From NCBI GenBank assembly GCA_000320545.1, contig ADNK01000233.1, positions 1-44,362 on the forward strand: a stretch of DNA of 44,362 nt, written 5' to 3'. Every line of letters begins with the position of its first letter. Within the stretch, counting starts at the first letter, position 1. Below the pieces are notes generated by a model. It was not told where the DNA came from. It worked only from the letters and a program-made list of their open reading frames with translations, and did no database searches. Below, in pieces: positions 1 to 11,687 of the stretch. Source of the stretch: Bigelowiella natans CCMP2755 (Eukaryota > Protista > Cercozoa). The translations under genes and the position numbers were made by a program.

Positions 1-1288
1 ATCACTATATTTGTTGTGAGAGAATCCCCCCCCACCCCCCCCTCTCCTTTCATCCTTCACGTTGCTGGTATTCTTGTTTATTGCATAAAGAAGTTGGCTC
101 TTATTAGATAAAAAATAGATAGAGATCTAGCGATCTAGAAGCACGCCTATCTTCAGCAAAGGAAGGCGGGAACGGTCTCTGTGTGTGCGCTCTTTCCATG
201 TAAGTGATATCTATCTCACGTGATATAGAAACAGCCTTTATCTCATTCTTTATTTGCTTATACCAAAGGTAAGGAAGGGCGCCCTCGAAAAAATAAGTGA
301 ACGATTAAACCATCCAAAGGAAACAATGGGGGTTGTTGTCGTGCTCCCCCCCCCCCCCCCCCTCCCCCCCTCCTACTCGCATCAACCGTTTCGTCTGACT
401 CCAAGCGGGCTAAGCGGGTGTGCACAATGGACATCCTGGTTTTCTCATGTGTCTCCCGACGAAAACCCCCTCCACCTCCACGTCCACGCAATCATCTTCA
501 TTGCCGCCAGATGGAGGGGGGGGCGGAGAGAGCCCGCTTCTCTTCGCCAGTGCCCTGACGCGCGTGGCAAGAATTCGTCCTGGTCGTGACTGAAGCCAGT
601 GAATTGGAACGAGACTGCAGCACCGTGGGGTGATCGGCAAGAGATGAGGATGAGGCAGACGACAGTCCGGAGTATAAAGGAGAAGAGGAGGAAGAAGAAG
701 ATGAAGAAGAAGAAGAAGAAGAAGAGGGGCTCGGTTCGAATAGTAACACCAACATCATACACTAAAGAAACGCATCAGACAAGGGAGGACAATCCGCTGG
801 CTGATTGAATATGCAATGAAGCAGCAGGAAAAGGGGGGAGGGGGGGGGAGAGGCATCAAGCACCGGCTGGTGGAGAGATGTCGCAGGAGGGGGCGCAAAT
901 CATCGTGGCATCGAGCGTGGAACGTTCTCTCTAGACTTGATTCGAAGAGGGATGCCAGCTTTCGTGTACACCTGCGAACATCATCATTATCGTTATCATC
1001 AACACCATCTTCATCATCATCATCATCAGCAGCAGCAGCATTGTCATCATCGCTCATGGCCATAATTATCATTAACATCAGCGTTCGCATTAAGAGAGTA
1101 AGAGGGAGAAACACCACAAATGGCTATTATTGCCGCTTCTTCTGTATGAATGCAGCCATATCAACGAATTCGGTGATAATATAAAGTTCCAGGTAAGGAT
1201 AGGGAATGCCGATCCCGGGATGGAGATAGTGAATGAACTAACACTCTCCCACTGTAGCTCCCTCCCCCCCCCCTCTCTCTAAAACACA

Positions 1289-1339
<51 letters not shown>

Positions 1340-3084
1340 GAGAACACATACATTTTGTCCAGTTTGCTGCTGCGGTCGCGGGGGCGAGAAGGGTGAGAAG
1401 CGGCACTCTCCAACAATGATTTACCCACACCACCGCCAGCACCCGGACCCCCCCCCGCTGTCTCATCTATCCCTCCTCTCGCCGTGTTGTCGTGCAATGA
1501 CAGGCCGATGACTCTTGGCTACGACAGTTACAAATGGTGGAAAGTAAAAAACATGTATCGACGATTAAGACGAGAAGAAGAAGAAGAAGAAGGAGGAGGA
1601 GGAATAGTAGTAGTAGAGAAATGACGATGATGATGGTGATGATGATAACGACTAACAGCTAGGATTCTAGTAGTTTACTATCCGTGTTTGCTGCTGCTAT
1701 TGTTGAGGAATATGTGCAATTTGTTCGGTGCCGTCGTGTGTGTCATTGACCATGCCCTGAGCCTTGAGGAGAGGGATAAGTTGCTCTGCAAAGGAATCCA
1801 CCCCAACATGAAGATCCTATAGCCAGAAAACATGCGTCGTCAGCGGTAGTTGTAATATCCGGGGGAGGAGAGGGAGGAGGGGTAGGAGCCACGAGGGAGA
1901 TAAGAGGGGCGATTGCAGCATTGGGTGGAGCAATGGATTATGGATTTGCGGGGTTGCATCGGCAGCAGCAAACAACCTACCTCTGTATCAGGAGGATCAA
2001 CCACAGCTATAAGAACATCGGCGATCTTTGCAACGTCGAGAACGCCTGCCATCGTACGCGGCGCCGCATACCACCAAATCTCTCGAGGCTTTTTCCTTCT
2101 CTCCTTCGCCTTCTTCCGTTCCTTCTTCCCGCTCACTCTTGCCCCGGCTCGCAACTCTCCCTCCCCCCCCCCCCCCTACATACGTCTTCTTGCAGCTACG
2201 CACGCAGATGGGGCGGAGAATTCCGTCATCGTCTCTATCGCCACCTTGCTCGTCGTTCTCGGAGGCAGCGAGCATGTCGCACTCCCGCATGCCACCATGT
2301 TGTTGCCCCCCCGAACTAGCGCTTTCGACATTCTTCGTATTTCTATCATCGGGGATGGGGGGGAGCTTGGATCCAGACGCAAGTTCGTCTAAGGCACGCA
2401 CCAACGACGGTATCCCTCTAGAAAAAGCCCATTGGAAGAAAAAGAGGGTTACGGTTGAGCAACTGCAATGAATAAGACTTCATCTCAACGGACAGGGGGA
2501 AAGACCTGATGTTCTTGCTCATCTGTATTATCCCCACGACCCTGATCATTCATTTCGCAAGGCGACGAGAGTGAGAACAACAATCTTAGCCCGATGCAAT
2601 ACTTCTATATCTCGCGCGGATTATGTGCGGTATAGACGTGACGGGAATAAAAGCGGTGATGATGATAGATTCGCCGTCTCTCAGTATGAAATATGATATT
2701 TAGTTGGTTCAGACTTCGCTCGAGTAGAGACGGCATCCTTCTGTTTCTCCCTGTGCCCATATAAAATATACATACCAAGAAACTCAGAAGAAGGGGAGGG
2801 GGAAGAAAGAAGAACGGCACAGTCTATCCGTGTCGGCGGAGAAGCTCTGAAATTATCAATTGTAGTCATATGCAAGGATACCTTTGCGCGATCTGGCGTT
2901 GGCGCTTGCGCTGTTTGCTTTCCACAGACGCTCGACTCAACATCGGGGGGGGGCCGCGTTGATGGCAGGACTGCTTCTCCCACAGGCCTGCACCATCTGA
3001 CCACTTAAGGAGAACAACAACTAGGGCTGATACCATCGTTAAGGCTCGAGCCCGAGGCCCAACCCGCCGCCGGGGCCTCACCAT
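1..3084 (-). CDS. TSR1: TSR1/BMS1-family ribosome biogenesis factor (TSR1-like), multi-exon; 3' part probably runs off the window start
   Basis: Spliced pieces resemble the TSR1 N-terminal pseudo-GTPase/AARP2CN region: 'ESKQRKRQRQIAQR' (~2880-2930), 'IWWYAAPRTMAGVLDVAKIADVLIAVVDPPDTE' (~1980-2085), 'DLHVGVDSFAEQLIPLLKAQGM' (~1750-1816), 'DDLRPLLRHLS' (~870-905) and 'PIHWLQSRPGRILATRV...VEVEGVFVG' (~455-615). ATG at 3084. Exon structure only partly resolved. Confidence 0.6.
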
Positions 3085-3589
3085 GGCATCTGAGGGCCAC
3101 CACGATAGGGGGGGCGAATTGGGTTGATAGGCAGCCTCAACAGCAAAATTATTATCGCGTAAATATCTATAATTGCAAGGTATTTATCGACAACGACATG
3201 GATTCCTCGGCCAAAACGGGAAAACTACTCGCATACTAGACGGAAGTTCCGAATGTACCCGAAATTATCGGATATTTTTTCCCCAAAACAGCGGAGATTG
3301 CCACGTGACCCGGCCTCAGTCGTCAAGGAGTGCCTGGCGTTCTGTGTATTTAATATTAAGATGTTTTACCGTTAAATAGTTTCCTAAAATAGATTGAAAA
3401 TGCATGATATTTGTGCAAGGACGACGAGAGCGATTCACCAGTGAGCTCTCCGCCCTCCAAGCCCTTCTCCACCCCCAACCGATTCGAGCCTCTCCACTGC
3501 CTTACCATCCTATTTGCCAAATAATTACGCCGGGCCTCTTCTGAAAAGGTGGCGTGCGCGACAGGAATGGAAGCATAGAAAAGCAAAGG

Positions 3590-4720
3590 ATGCTGCTGAA
3601 GGCGGGGTACATGTCCAGGGCACATCCGTCGCTGTGCGGGCTCCTCATCCTTTTCTGCGTGGCACTGCCGTCTTTGCTTTCCCTCGCCTGCGTCCACCTG
3701 CTCAAAATGCGCATTCGGATGACCAAGGCGCTCATCGAGGTGGGGAGGATGGAGAGCCATGACTTGGTGAAGGCACTGCAGCTGACTCGCTCAGAGATGA
3801 ACACTGTCCTCACGACCCGATCCGAGAGGCAGGGCCGCTTCGACTCGATGCTAAAAATGAGAGAAGGCATCGAGGAAGCTCAAAAGTCTACTCTTGAGGT
3901 CGCGAAAAGACTCACCAATTCCATCGAAGGAGAGATAACATCCATAGCACAGCTAGCCGCTCAGCTTCAAAATGAGGAGGGGGCGGCGTTGAACTCCACA
4001 GCAACGGGAACAATAGACTCCCCAGCAGAAAATTTGACTCCGGGGGGAGAGGGGGAGGGGGAATTAAGGAGTTCTACGCTCCTTTTCAGGCACCTAGCGA
4101 ATAGTACAGCTAGGACGCTATTTAGAGAGTTCTTCCGCCTGCGCCAGCAGGTGGATGACACCATGCTAAGGCTACAGAGAGCTCGAAAGGAGAAGAAACA
4201 TGCACTCGACACAGCCCGCCGTCAGAATTTAACAGATAGTAAAGTTAGGGAGGCCTTGGCGAAAGAGCAAGCCAAGCTCGAAGCGCAAATCAGTGAAGTG
4301 AACATCGAGATTCAGGCCATCAACTCCTCATACACCCAACGCATCACCAACCTCACCAGCCAACTCGAGGACGTGAAAAGGCGACTGACCAGCCACGGAG
4401 TAAGCTTTGAGGAAGAGGAAGACAATAAGGGAAGAGAGGAGAACCGCAGAGCAAAGAACAGTGCCGATGCGTCTGCCAGCAATAAACACATAAAAGCTGC
4501 ATACTCCAACCAAGGCCCCTCCTCCTCAACGTGCCAAGATGATCCATACGATCAGCTCGAGGCTGCGGGAGTGAGCTGCAGAGAAATCATCGCGCGATGG
4601 GGCTGCGAATTCGATCTATCAAGATTGACAAAGGCGCCGAAGGGGTTTCGCCTGAAGAACATATGTCCTCGCTCGTGCGAGTCGTGTGACGATGCTGTGC
4701 AAGAGATGGTGGAGCTTTGA
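3590..4720 (+). CDS. Intronless signal/TM-anchored coiled-coil protein with C-terminal ShKT-like Cys-rich module
   Basis: 388-codon open frame; first in-frame ATG at 3590. Hydrophobic 'LCGLLILFCVALPSLLSLACV', long heptad-rich helices, then 'CQDDPYDQLEAAGVSCREIIARWGCEFDL...ICPRSCESC', ending MVEL*. Confidence 0.8.
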   Translation: MLLKAGYMSRAHPSLCGLLILFCVALPSLLSLACVHLLKMRIRMTKALIEVGRMESHDLVKALQLTRSEMNTVLTTRSERQGRFDSMLKMREGIEEAQKSTLEVAKRLTNSIEGEITSIAQLAAQLQNEEGAALNSTATGTIDSPAENLTPGGEGEGELRSSTLLFRHLANSTARTLFREFFRLRQQVDDTMLRLQRARKEKKHALDTARRQNLTDSKVREALAKEQAKLEAQISEVNIEIQAINSSYTQRITNLTSQLEDVKRRLTSHGVSFEEEEDNKGREENRRAKNSADASASNKHIKAAYSNQGPSSSTCQDDPYDQLEAAGVSCREIIARWGCEFDLSRLTKAPKGFRLKNICPRSCESCDDAVQEMVEL

Positions 4721-5408
4721 ATGTATCAACTTTAGCAGTGCGGTTGCCCAACCTATACTGGCGAGATCGTTCAATCAGAGCCGCAGTGTGTGTGCTATAT
4801 TCCCTGGAAATAAGCTGTTAATATACATATATCATGAGACGGATGCAATGATGAATTTAAATAGTCGTCCTAATGTAGCTATGCAAAGCAGCGGCAATAT
4901 ACATAGAGTATTACTGTGTCTATTATTATAATGAGATGATACAGTCATGCATGACGATAGCTCGCATTTACAAGCCGAGCAATATGTAGGCGTGCAATGT
5001 TTTAAGATAACAACTGCCTTGTGAAGAGTGCGCTATGTATAGAACCGCACGCTATCTTATTATACACGCAGTTCTACAGTCCCCGCCTTCGCTATCTAAC
5101 GACTACAGCTGTTCTTAGCCTAATTGTTGCCACGCACCATGCAGCATGTATAATTAAGGTATTCGAAACATGCGCCTTCAGAAGTTTCGCATAGTAATAT
5201 TGTAGCTACAATAGTTCTGATATGAACTTATACCTGCGCGTCTGACGCAAGATGTATACTTGCAATGTAGGCGATACGTCATGCTATACATAAAGTGCTT
5301 TGTTGCAGTACCAAAATTGATCAAGCTCGCTAAGCAAGATCGACAAAGATTATATCGCTGATAGACAGCAATGCCCTCCTTGTGCCTTAACTAAAACCAT
5401 TATAAAAA

Positions 5409-6227
5409 CTATTCGGTGATATTTTTCTTCTTCTTACATTTCGTAATGTGGATCTTGAGGCGGGGCATGAAGGATAGTTCAGCGTGGCAGCGGTGGCATC
5501 GTAGCGGGCGTCTGTATATATAGTAACAACAAACACACGGTTGGCAAAACGAGAGCCTTCAATCGCAAGAACAGCCATCAACTTAAAAAGGACAAAAAGC
5601 CATCAGTAGCCTCAATGTGTTACTCCCGCTCCGAGTCATTGAAAAGCACCCGAAGGGCATTCGAAGGGGAGGCAGCGCTTTATTTTCCAAGTGTGTTAGA
5701 TTGGGGGCGGAGCGACGCGCAGCAAGGGTTCATTCATTCATGTGGTGAGACACGCGTTGCACGTACACGAGCAGTCGGGACATCTCATGGCGATTCGGAT
5801 GAAACCCTCCATTTTCCTGCCGTAAATGATGACAGCATCAGAGCCATACTGGCGATGAGAGTGACCACGAGTCATCTGTGGCGACGTTAGGCATTTCACC
5901 CTTAGAGCTATCAGCATATCTTCAGGCGCCACAAAAAAGTCGGTTGTGAAGGAATTCCAGTGCTTCTGTGGTGATAAGATACAAAGGCAGTACAGCGAGA
6001 AGGACGGATATATGAGGGACTAAGGAAGAGATGAAGATGAAGACTAAGAAGAAGGAGAAAAGAGGTAGAGAACAGGGGTCTCCTTTTCCCTCTTCTTCTT
6101 CTTATTTCTGCTTTTGTAGCACCAACAACCTTGTTCTTCAGGCAGGGCGAGTCGAAGTCGTCGCTGATGATATGAAGATGAAGCTGTACCGCAAAACACT
6201 CCATTACACAGTTACACAAACACATAC

Positions 6228-6275
<48 letters not shown>

Positions 6276-6387
6276 CCTGTCGCAGGCTCGGAACGGCATG
6301 AAATCCAAGCTTGATTTTCCCCACTCCCTCCAGGCGGCCTCCATTGGCCTCGAGCAGCCTCTCCGTTAGCCACGTCGCACGACTATA

Positions 6388-6422
<35 letters not shown>

Positions 6423-6704
6423 TTGCTGTATATAACAACTTCATCATCGGAGTTGACCCCCCCCCCTCCCCCTCTCCCCCAACACACACACACACACAAG
6501 CGTGTAGCATACTTCCAAAAACAGGGCATCTAACCTATACATGCGGTCCACGAGATCGAGGTCCTCTTTTGCCCCTGTGAGGCAGCTTGGAGAGTCGACT
6601 ATGCGCTGACAAGGCAATAGCAGCAGGTGGATCTTGGCCTTGGGAAACGCGTCGTATACTGCCATAAATTCATCATCCTGCACAGCAGAGGGAAGACACA
6701 CACA

Positions 6705-6766
<62 letters not shown>

Positions 6767-8064
6767 AGGCACAAGGATGTGAAAGGAGAGAAAGTCATCA
6801 GATGGCATCTCTTCCTTAAGTTCCAGCCTCCCTCTCCTCGTCCCATCAACCGTTGATCGTCACCCTCATCATCACCAAGTTGGACAACGACTGGAGCTCA
6901 TCATCACAGTGTATGCTTTCGACTGCGACGACGACGATACACGTATTCTAACCATCCAACCTGCCAATATATCGAGGCCTTCTTCTCCTTGGAAGCGCCC
7001 CGCACATATCTCCATTTGCAGGCAGCCATCAGTAGGTGGTGGGAGGCGATCGAGAGCAAATCATCACATTCACCAACATACAGATATTTTTATCATCTTC
7101 GCCACCACCACCATCAGCAGCAGCAGCAGCAGCACTTCATGCATATCCACGGCTTTATATCTTTCCTTCTTTCTTTCTTTCCATGTGAAAATGCGAAACG
7201 AGAAAGCGGATGTGAGGAGAAAGGGTTGAAGCAAGAACGAACAGGATGTGATTGTCCATCAGCACCACCACCATCACCACCACCACCATCATCATCATCA
7301 TCTAAGAGCACCTTATCAGCGCGTTCTTCCAATCTGGCTGCATCCCCTTGAGCGGGGGGGGCGGGGAGTAGATCATCGTCTCCTCTCGCTCCCTCCTCTT
7401 TCTCTCCTCCTCATCCTCAGGCAGCTGGTACCCCGGCACCGCCTCGCCCACGCCTTTCAGCGACGCCAACGCTGCGAATGTCTCGAGCACCTCCTCGTAC
7501 CTTCATATATCGACGATGTAGCAGGACGCATTCGCAGCACGGCAAGTGAGTGATTAACGACGAGCAAATGGAGCGGTGCAGCGTCGCGTTCTATTCAAAG
7601 TGTATCTACGTCGTCGCTTTCGCGAGCGGTGCCGGTGGATTTCGTTACGAACGTGTTAAGGAGAAGCTGGTCAGGGGGGGGGTGGCGGCGGAGGGCCTCG
7701 GGAAGCTTCGGGTTGCAGTTCGGCCCAAGAGCCTGATGGTGGATACCCACCACCACCAAGAAGAAGAAGGAGAAGAAGAAGAAGAAGAAGAAGAAGAAGA
7801 AGAAGAAGGGCATACAGAAACAATAAGATACGCTAAATTCATGACGACGACAGCCAACGTCAAGGCGATACGATGATGATGATGATGACGATGATGATGA
7901 TGATGATGATGATGACGATGATGATGACGATGATGATAATGATAATGATGACGATAATGATGACGATGATGATGACGATGATGATGATAATTATAGCATG
8001 AGAGGAAGAAGAGCAAGAGGGTCAGGTTTCACAAACAGACACCCCGCGCCACTTTCCATACACC

Positions 8065-8119
<55 letters not shown>

Positions 8120-8230
8120 CACGGCGAAGACTATAGTATATGTTGCGGCTGCTCTGGTTTATTTAGTATAAGAATGCGCACCACCCACCTGGATAACAGT
8201 GTCGCACTTTTCACTCGCTAATGCACTTCT

Positions 8231-8267
<37 letters not shown>

Positions 8268-8637
8268 GAGAGACGAGGTTCTGTCTAATTCTTCTTCTCC
8301 TCCTCCTTCTTCCTTTTCTTCTTCTTCTTCCCAACCAGTGCTAAGTCCTGGTAGTAGTTGTTACCCGCTGGGGACTTCCACAGCGTATGCATGCCCGACT
8401 TGAGCTCCTCTTCGATACAGCTTCCTGGCTGCTGCGCCGACGTCACCGGCGCGTTCCATCTGCGCGGCGAGCCCGCCTCCCTTGAACCTCCAATTGTTTG
8501 GCAGGCTGATGGGGGATGATGGTGATAATGACGATGACGACGACGACGATGATGATGATGATGGAAAGAGATTAGGGATAACAAACAGGAAGGAAGAAGG
8601 GTATCGCCTGTGCGCTGCCATCACTAAAGATATAAGT

Positions 8638-8682
<45 letters not shown>

Positions 8683-8729
8683 AATATATACATTTTTGGG
8701 GGAGAGCGAGTGTGTAGCGCATCATCATC

Positions 8730-8761
<32 letters not shown>

Positions 8762-9076
8762 TCTCTGTCGTTGTCGTCGTATTCATTCCCGTGTTATCTT
8801 CATCATATAAGGTGTGAGGAGGGGAGGGAAGACTACTTGACGATGAAGGAAGCTGCCATGCCAAGATCCGTCTCCATCTTCCAAAGCCGTGCCCTGCATC
8901 ACAAATTATCATCATCATCATCATCATCACAACAACAACAACATCATCATCATCATCGTCGTCATCAATCATCTTTAGCAGAAAGCTAAATCCTCCCTTA
9001 AATTGGATAAGCATCCGTCTATACCGTCGTCGTCGCACTCATTACACAAGTCCATTTTGTAGTAGAAGTAGAAGTA

Positions 9077-9108
<32 letters not shown>

Positions 9109-9933
9109 TGTTGTTGTTCTAGTAGTAGTAGTAGGGTGAGTATGTGATTCTGAAATATGCTGATGGCCAGGAAACGAATCATGGAGGACGGACGGGTTTC
9201 GACTACGACGACGACGACGACGACGACGACGATATCCAAGAATATGAAATGACCTTTTCACGATCCGAACACTCCTCCTCCTCCCAAGAGTGCCCTCCTC
9301 CTCCTCCTCCCCCTCCTTGGTCACAGTAGTATTCATTCTTCGTTCCATCTCTCGGTAAAACATAGCGAACTGGTCGATGCTATCATTATCGCCTTCCACG
9401 CCGCTTTTGTTGTTGGCGCTGCTGCTGGTGCCAACGGTGCCATCTTCATCATTATTATGCTTGATTCGTGCCCTCTCCTCCTCTTCTTCTTCTTCTTCCT
9501 CCTCCTCCTCCTCCTTCTCGTGGGGTTGTGATAGCGGATCACATACCACCACCACCTCGGCCTGATGAGTTTGGTGACGACGAAGAACACAATGATGATG
9601 GCATTGATGAGGATGATAATGATGATAATGGTGATGATGACGACGACGATGAGAAAAATTGCATAAACGGCGTCGTTCGTCACTGCTTTCATAGGGAAAG
9701 GTCATGACGGACCATGATCGATTTCTTGTTTCGGAATCACCACCAACTGTTGTTTTCGTCGTCGTTAACAATGCTAAGGGGCAGGTGCGCACAGGCTGAT
9801 CAGCAGATTATTGCTACCTTATTCAGGTGAGGGGGATAGCGAGCGAAGAAGGTCTGGATGGCGCTCACTGCGATTTCTGCACCGCGACGACATGGAAAGC
9901 TGACGACGACGATGATAGTGATGATGATGATAA

Positions 9934-9964
<31 letters not shown>

Positions 9965-10020
9965 GTAAGTGAATGCATGGACACTTTCGAGTATGACTGG
10001 CGTAATCAAGACAAATAACC

Positions 10021-10066
<46 letters not shown>

Positions 10067-10727
10067 CGAGATGTTCTCAAAAAGACCAGTGCCAATTGCT
10101 ACTACAACCACTGCAGCTGCTGCTACTACTACTACTACTACTACTACACTACTATTTCTACGGGTACAACTACTACCACTACTACTGCTACTACTACTGC
10201 TACTGCTACCGCATGGCTCCTATTGAGATTCCAGGGAGTGCCAGCCTCCAACCACCCGCCTCCCCCTCCTCCCTGCGCCTTCGCGCGCGCGATCCTACTG
10301 GCGAAGTATAAGTATGAATGGAGGAGGAGAAGGACTAAAATCACTACAAATTTCCGTTATCTTGCCCATTGAGACTCACACACACACACACACACACATA
10401 AGAGCGCGCGCGCACACGCACACCTACCTCTATCAGCGTTGTCGTGGTGGTTGATGCTGCTGCTTGCGCTCGTGCCTGCCTCCCTACCCCCAGTAGCGGT
10501 AGTATCATCGGTTTGGGGAGTGGAGGAGAGGGTTGTGCCGCAGCTGGATTTGGAGGGTGAGAGAAACGCGTCGTCATCATCACCACCGAGGTGTTCCCCA
10601 CCACCATCACCACCGATGGTACGTGCTACGACAGGCTTGGCCCACTTCAACACCTGCAGCAGCCGATTTCGGTATTGTAATGAGTGTCAGCACTGTCATT
10701 CTTATTGACGGGAGATTTAGTGATAGC

Positions 10728-10761
<34 letters not shown>

Positions 10762-11656
10762 GGAGGAGGAGGAGGAGGAGGGAGAGTCTCACCGTGGGTG
10801 TGCATGTGTTATAGTTCCCCCATACAGGTTTAACAACTAGAAAGAAAAACGACTGTGGCGACCTTGGCCGCCATCATCTGTATGCACTGACTGATGATTT
10901 TCTCCTGGAGCGAGTCCTCCTTTACGTCAGCACCGGGCTGCGAGCCAGGGGGGGGAGGGGAGGCCTCCATCATCACACCCAATGCGCCCAGGGCATTCTG
11001 ACACCTAACAATTCGACGAAACGGGAGTAGGAAGCATGATTTCAGAGTTTTTGTAGTCGTAGTCGCAGAAGGCACGGGGAGATTGGAACGCACTCTCCGT
11101 GAGAGAAAAGTCACTATCGATGTGGTTTGCTGAAAGGGCATTTTGATGTGAAACGACGACGACTCACTGTGCTTTCAGATGATCCTTCCGATCCCAGTTG
11201 TTTGGGCTTGTCACTATTTCCTGTTTTTGTTGTTGTTGTTGTTGTTGTTGTGGGTATTGTTTGTTATTTCGAGCGGTAGCAGCAGTAACACCAGCACCAG
11301 CAGCTATATGTGCATATGCCCCGGTCTCAAAACCCTCCCCAATGCTGTTTGTTTTATCGCCTGAGCTTGCATCTTCTCTGCATATATAATATGCTATAAA
11401 CATATGAAATGTTTCTGTCGTACGCGCGCGCGCGTGTATATATAACTTTATGCTTAAATGAAAGACGTAAGAATGCCTCCCTCAGCTCCTCCCTACCTTC
11501 GCACGGGGAATAGTCTTGAATGCGGTCAGGACCATCTCCACGCACTGAGTGATGATTGATCATGCTTGTTTTCAGCTACTAGTTTTGTACTGATACTTCG
11601 CTCGAAACCCGCAATAGTTCGGACAAGCGCCACCGCCACCACTACCATACTACTCG

Positions 11657-11687
<31 letters not shown>

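Noticed and set aside
2085-2190. Apparent in-frame stop or frameshift in the TSR1-like gene near a long C/G homopolymer
   Set aside because: An intron (GTATGT donor at ~2183) or a homopolymer error explains it, so this is not evidence of a pseudogene or recoding.
5738-5800. 'MRCPDCSCTCNAC' as the aprataxin Zn finger
   Set aside because: A much better match (PLRCHRC...MPRLKIHITKC) lies in a downstream exon at ~5409-5512.
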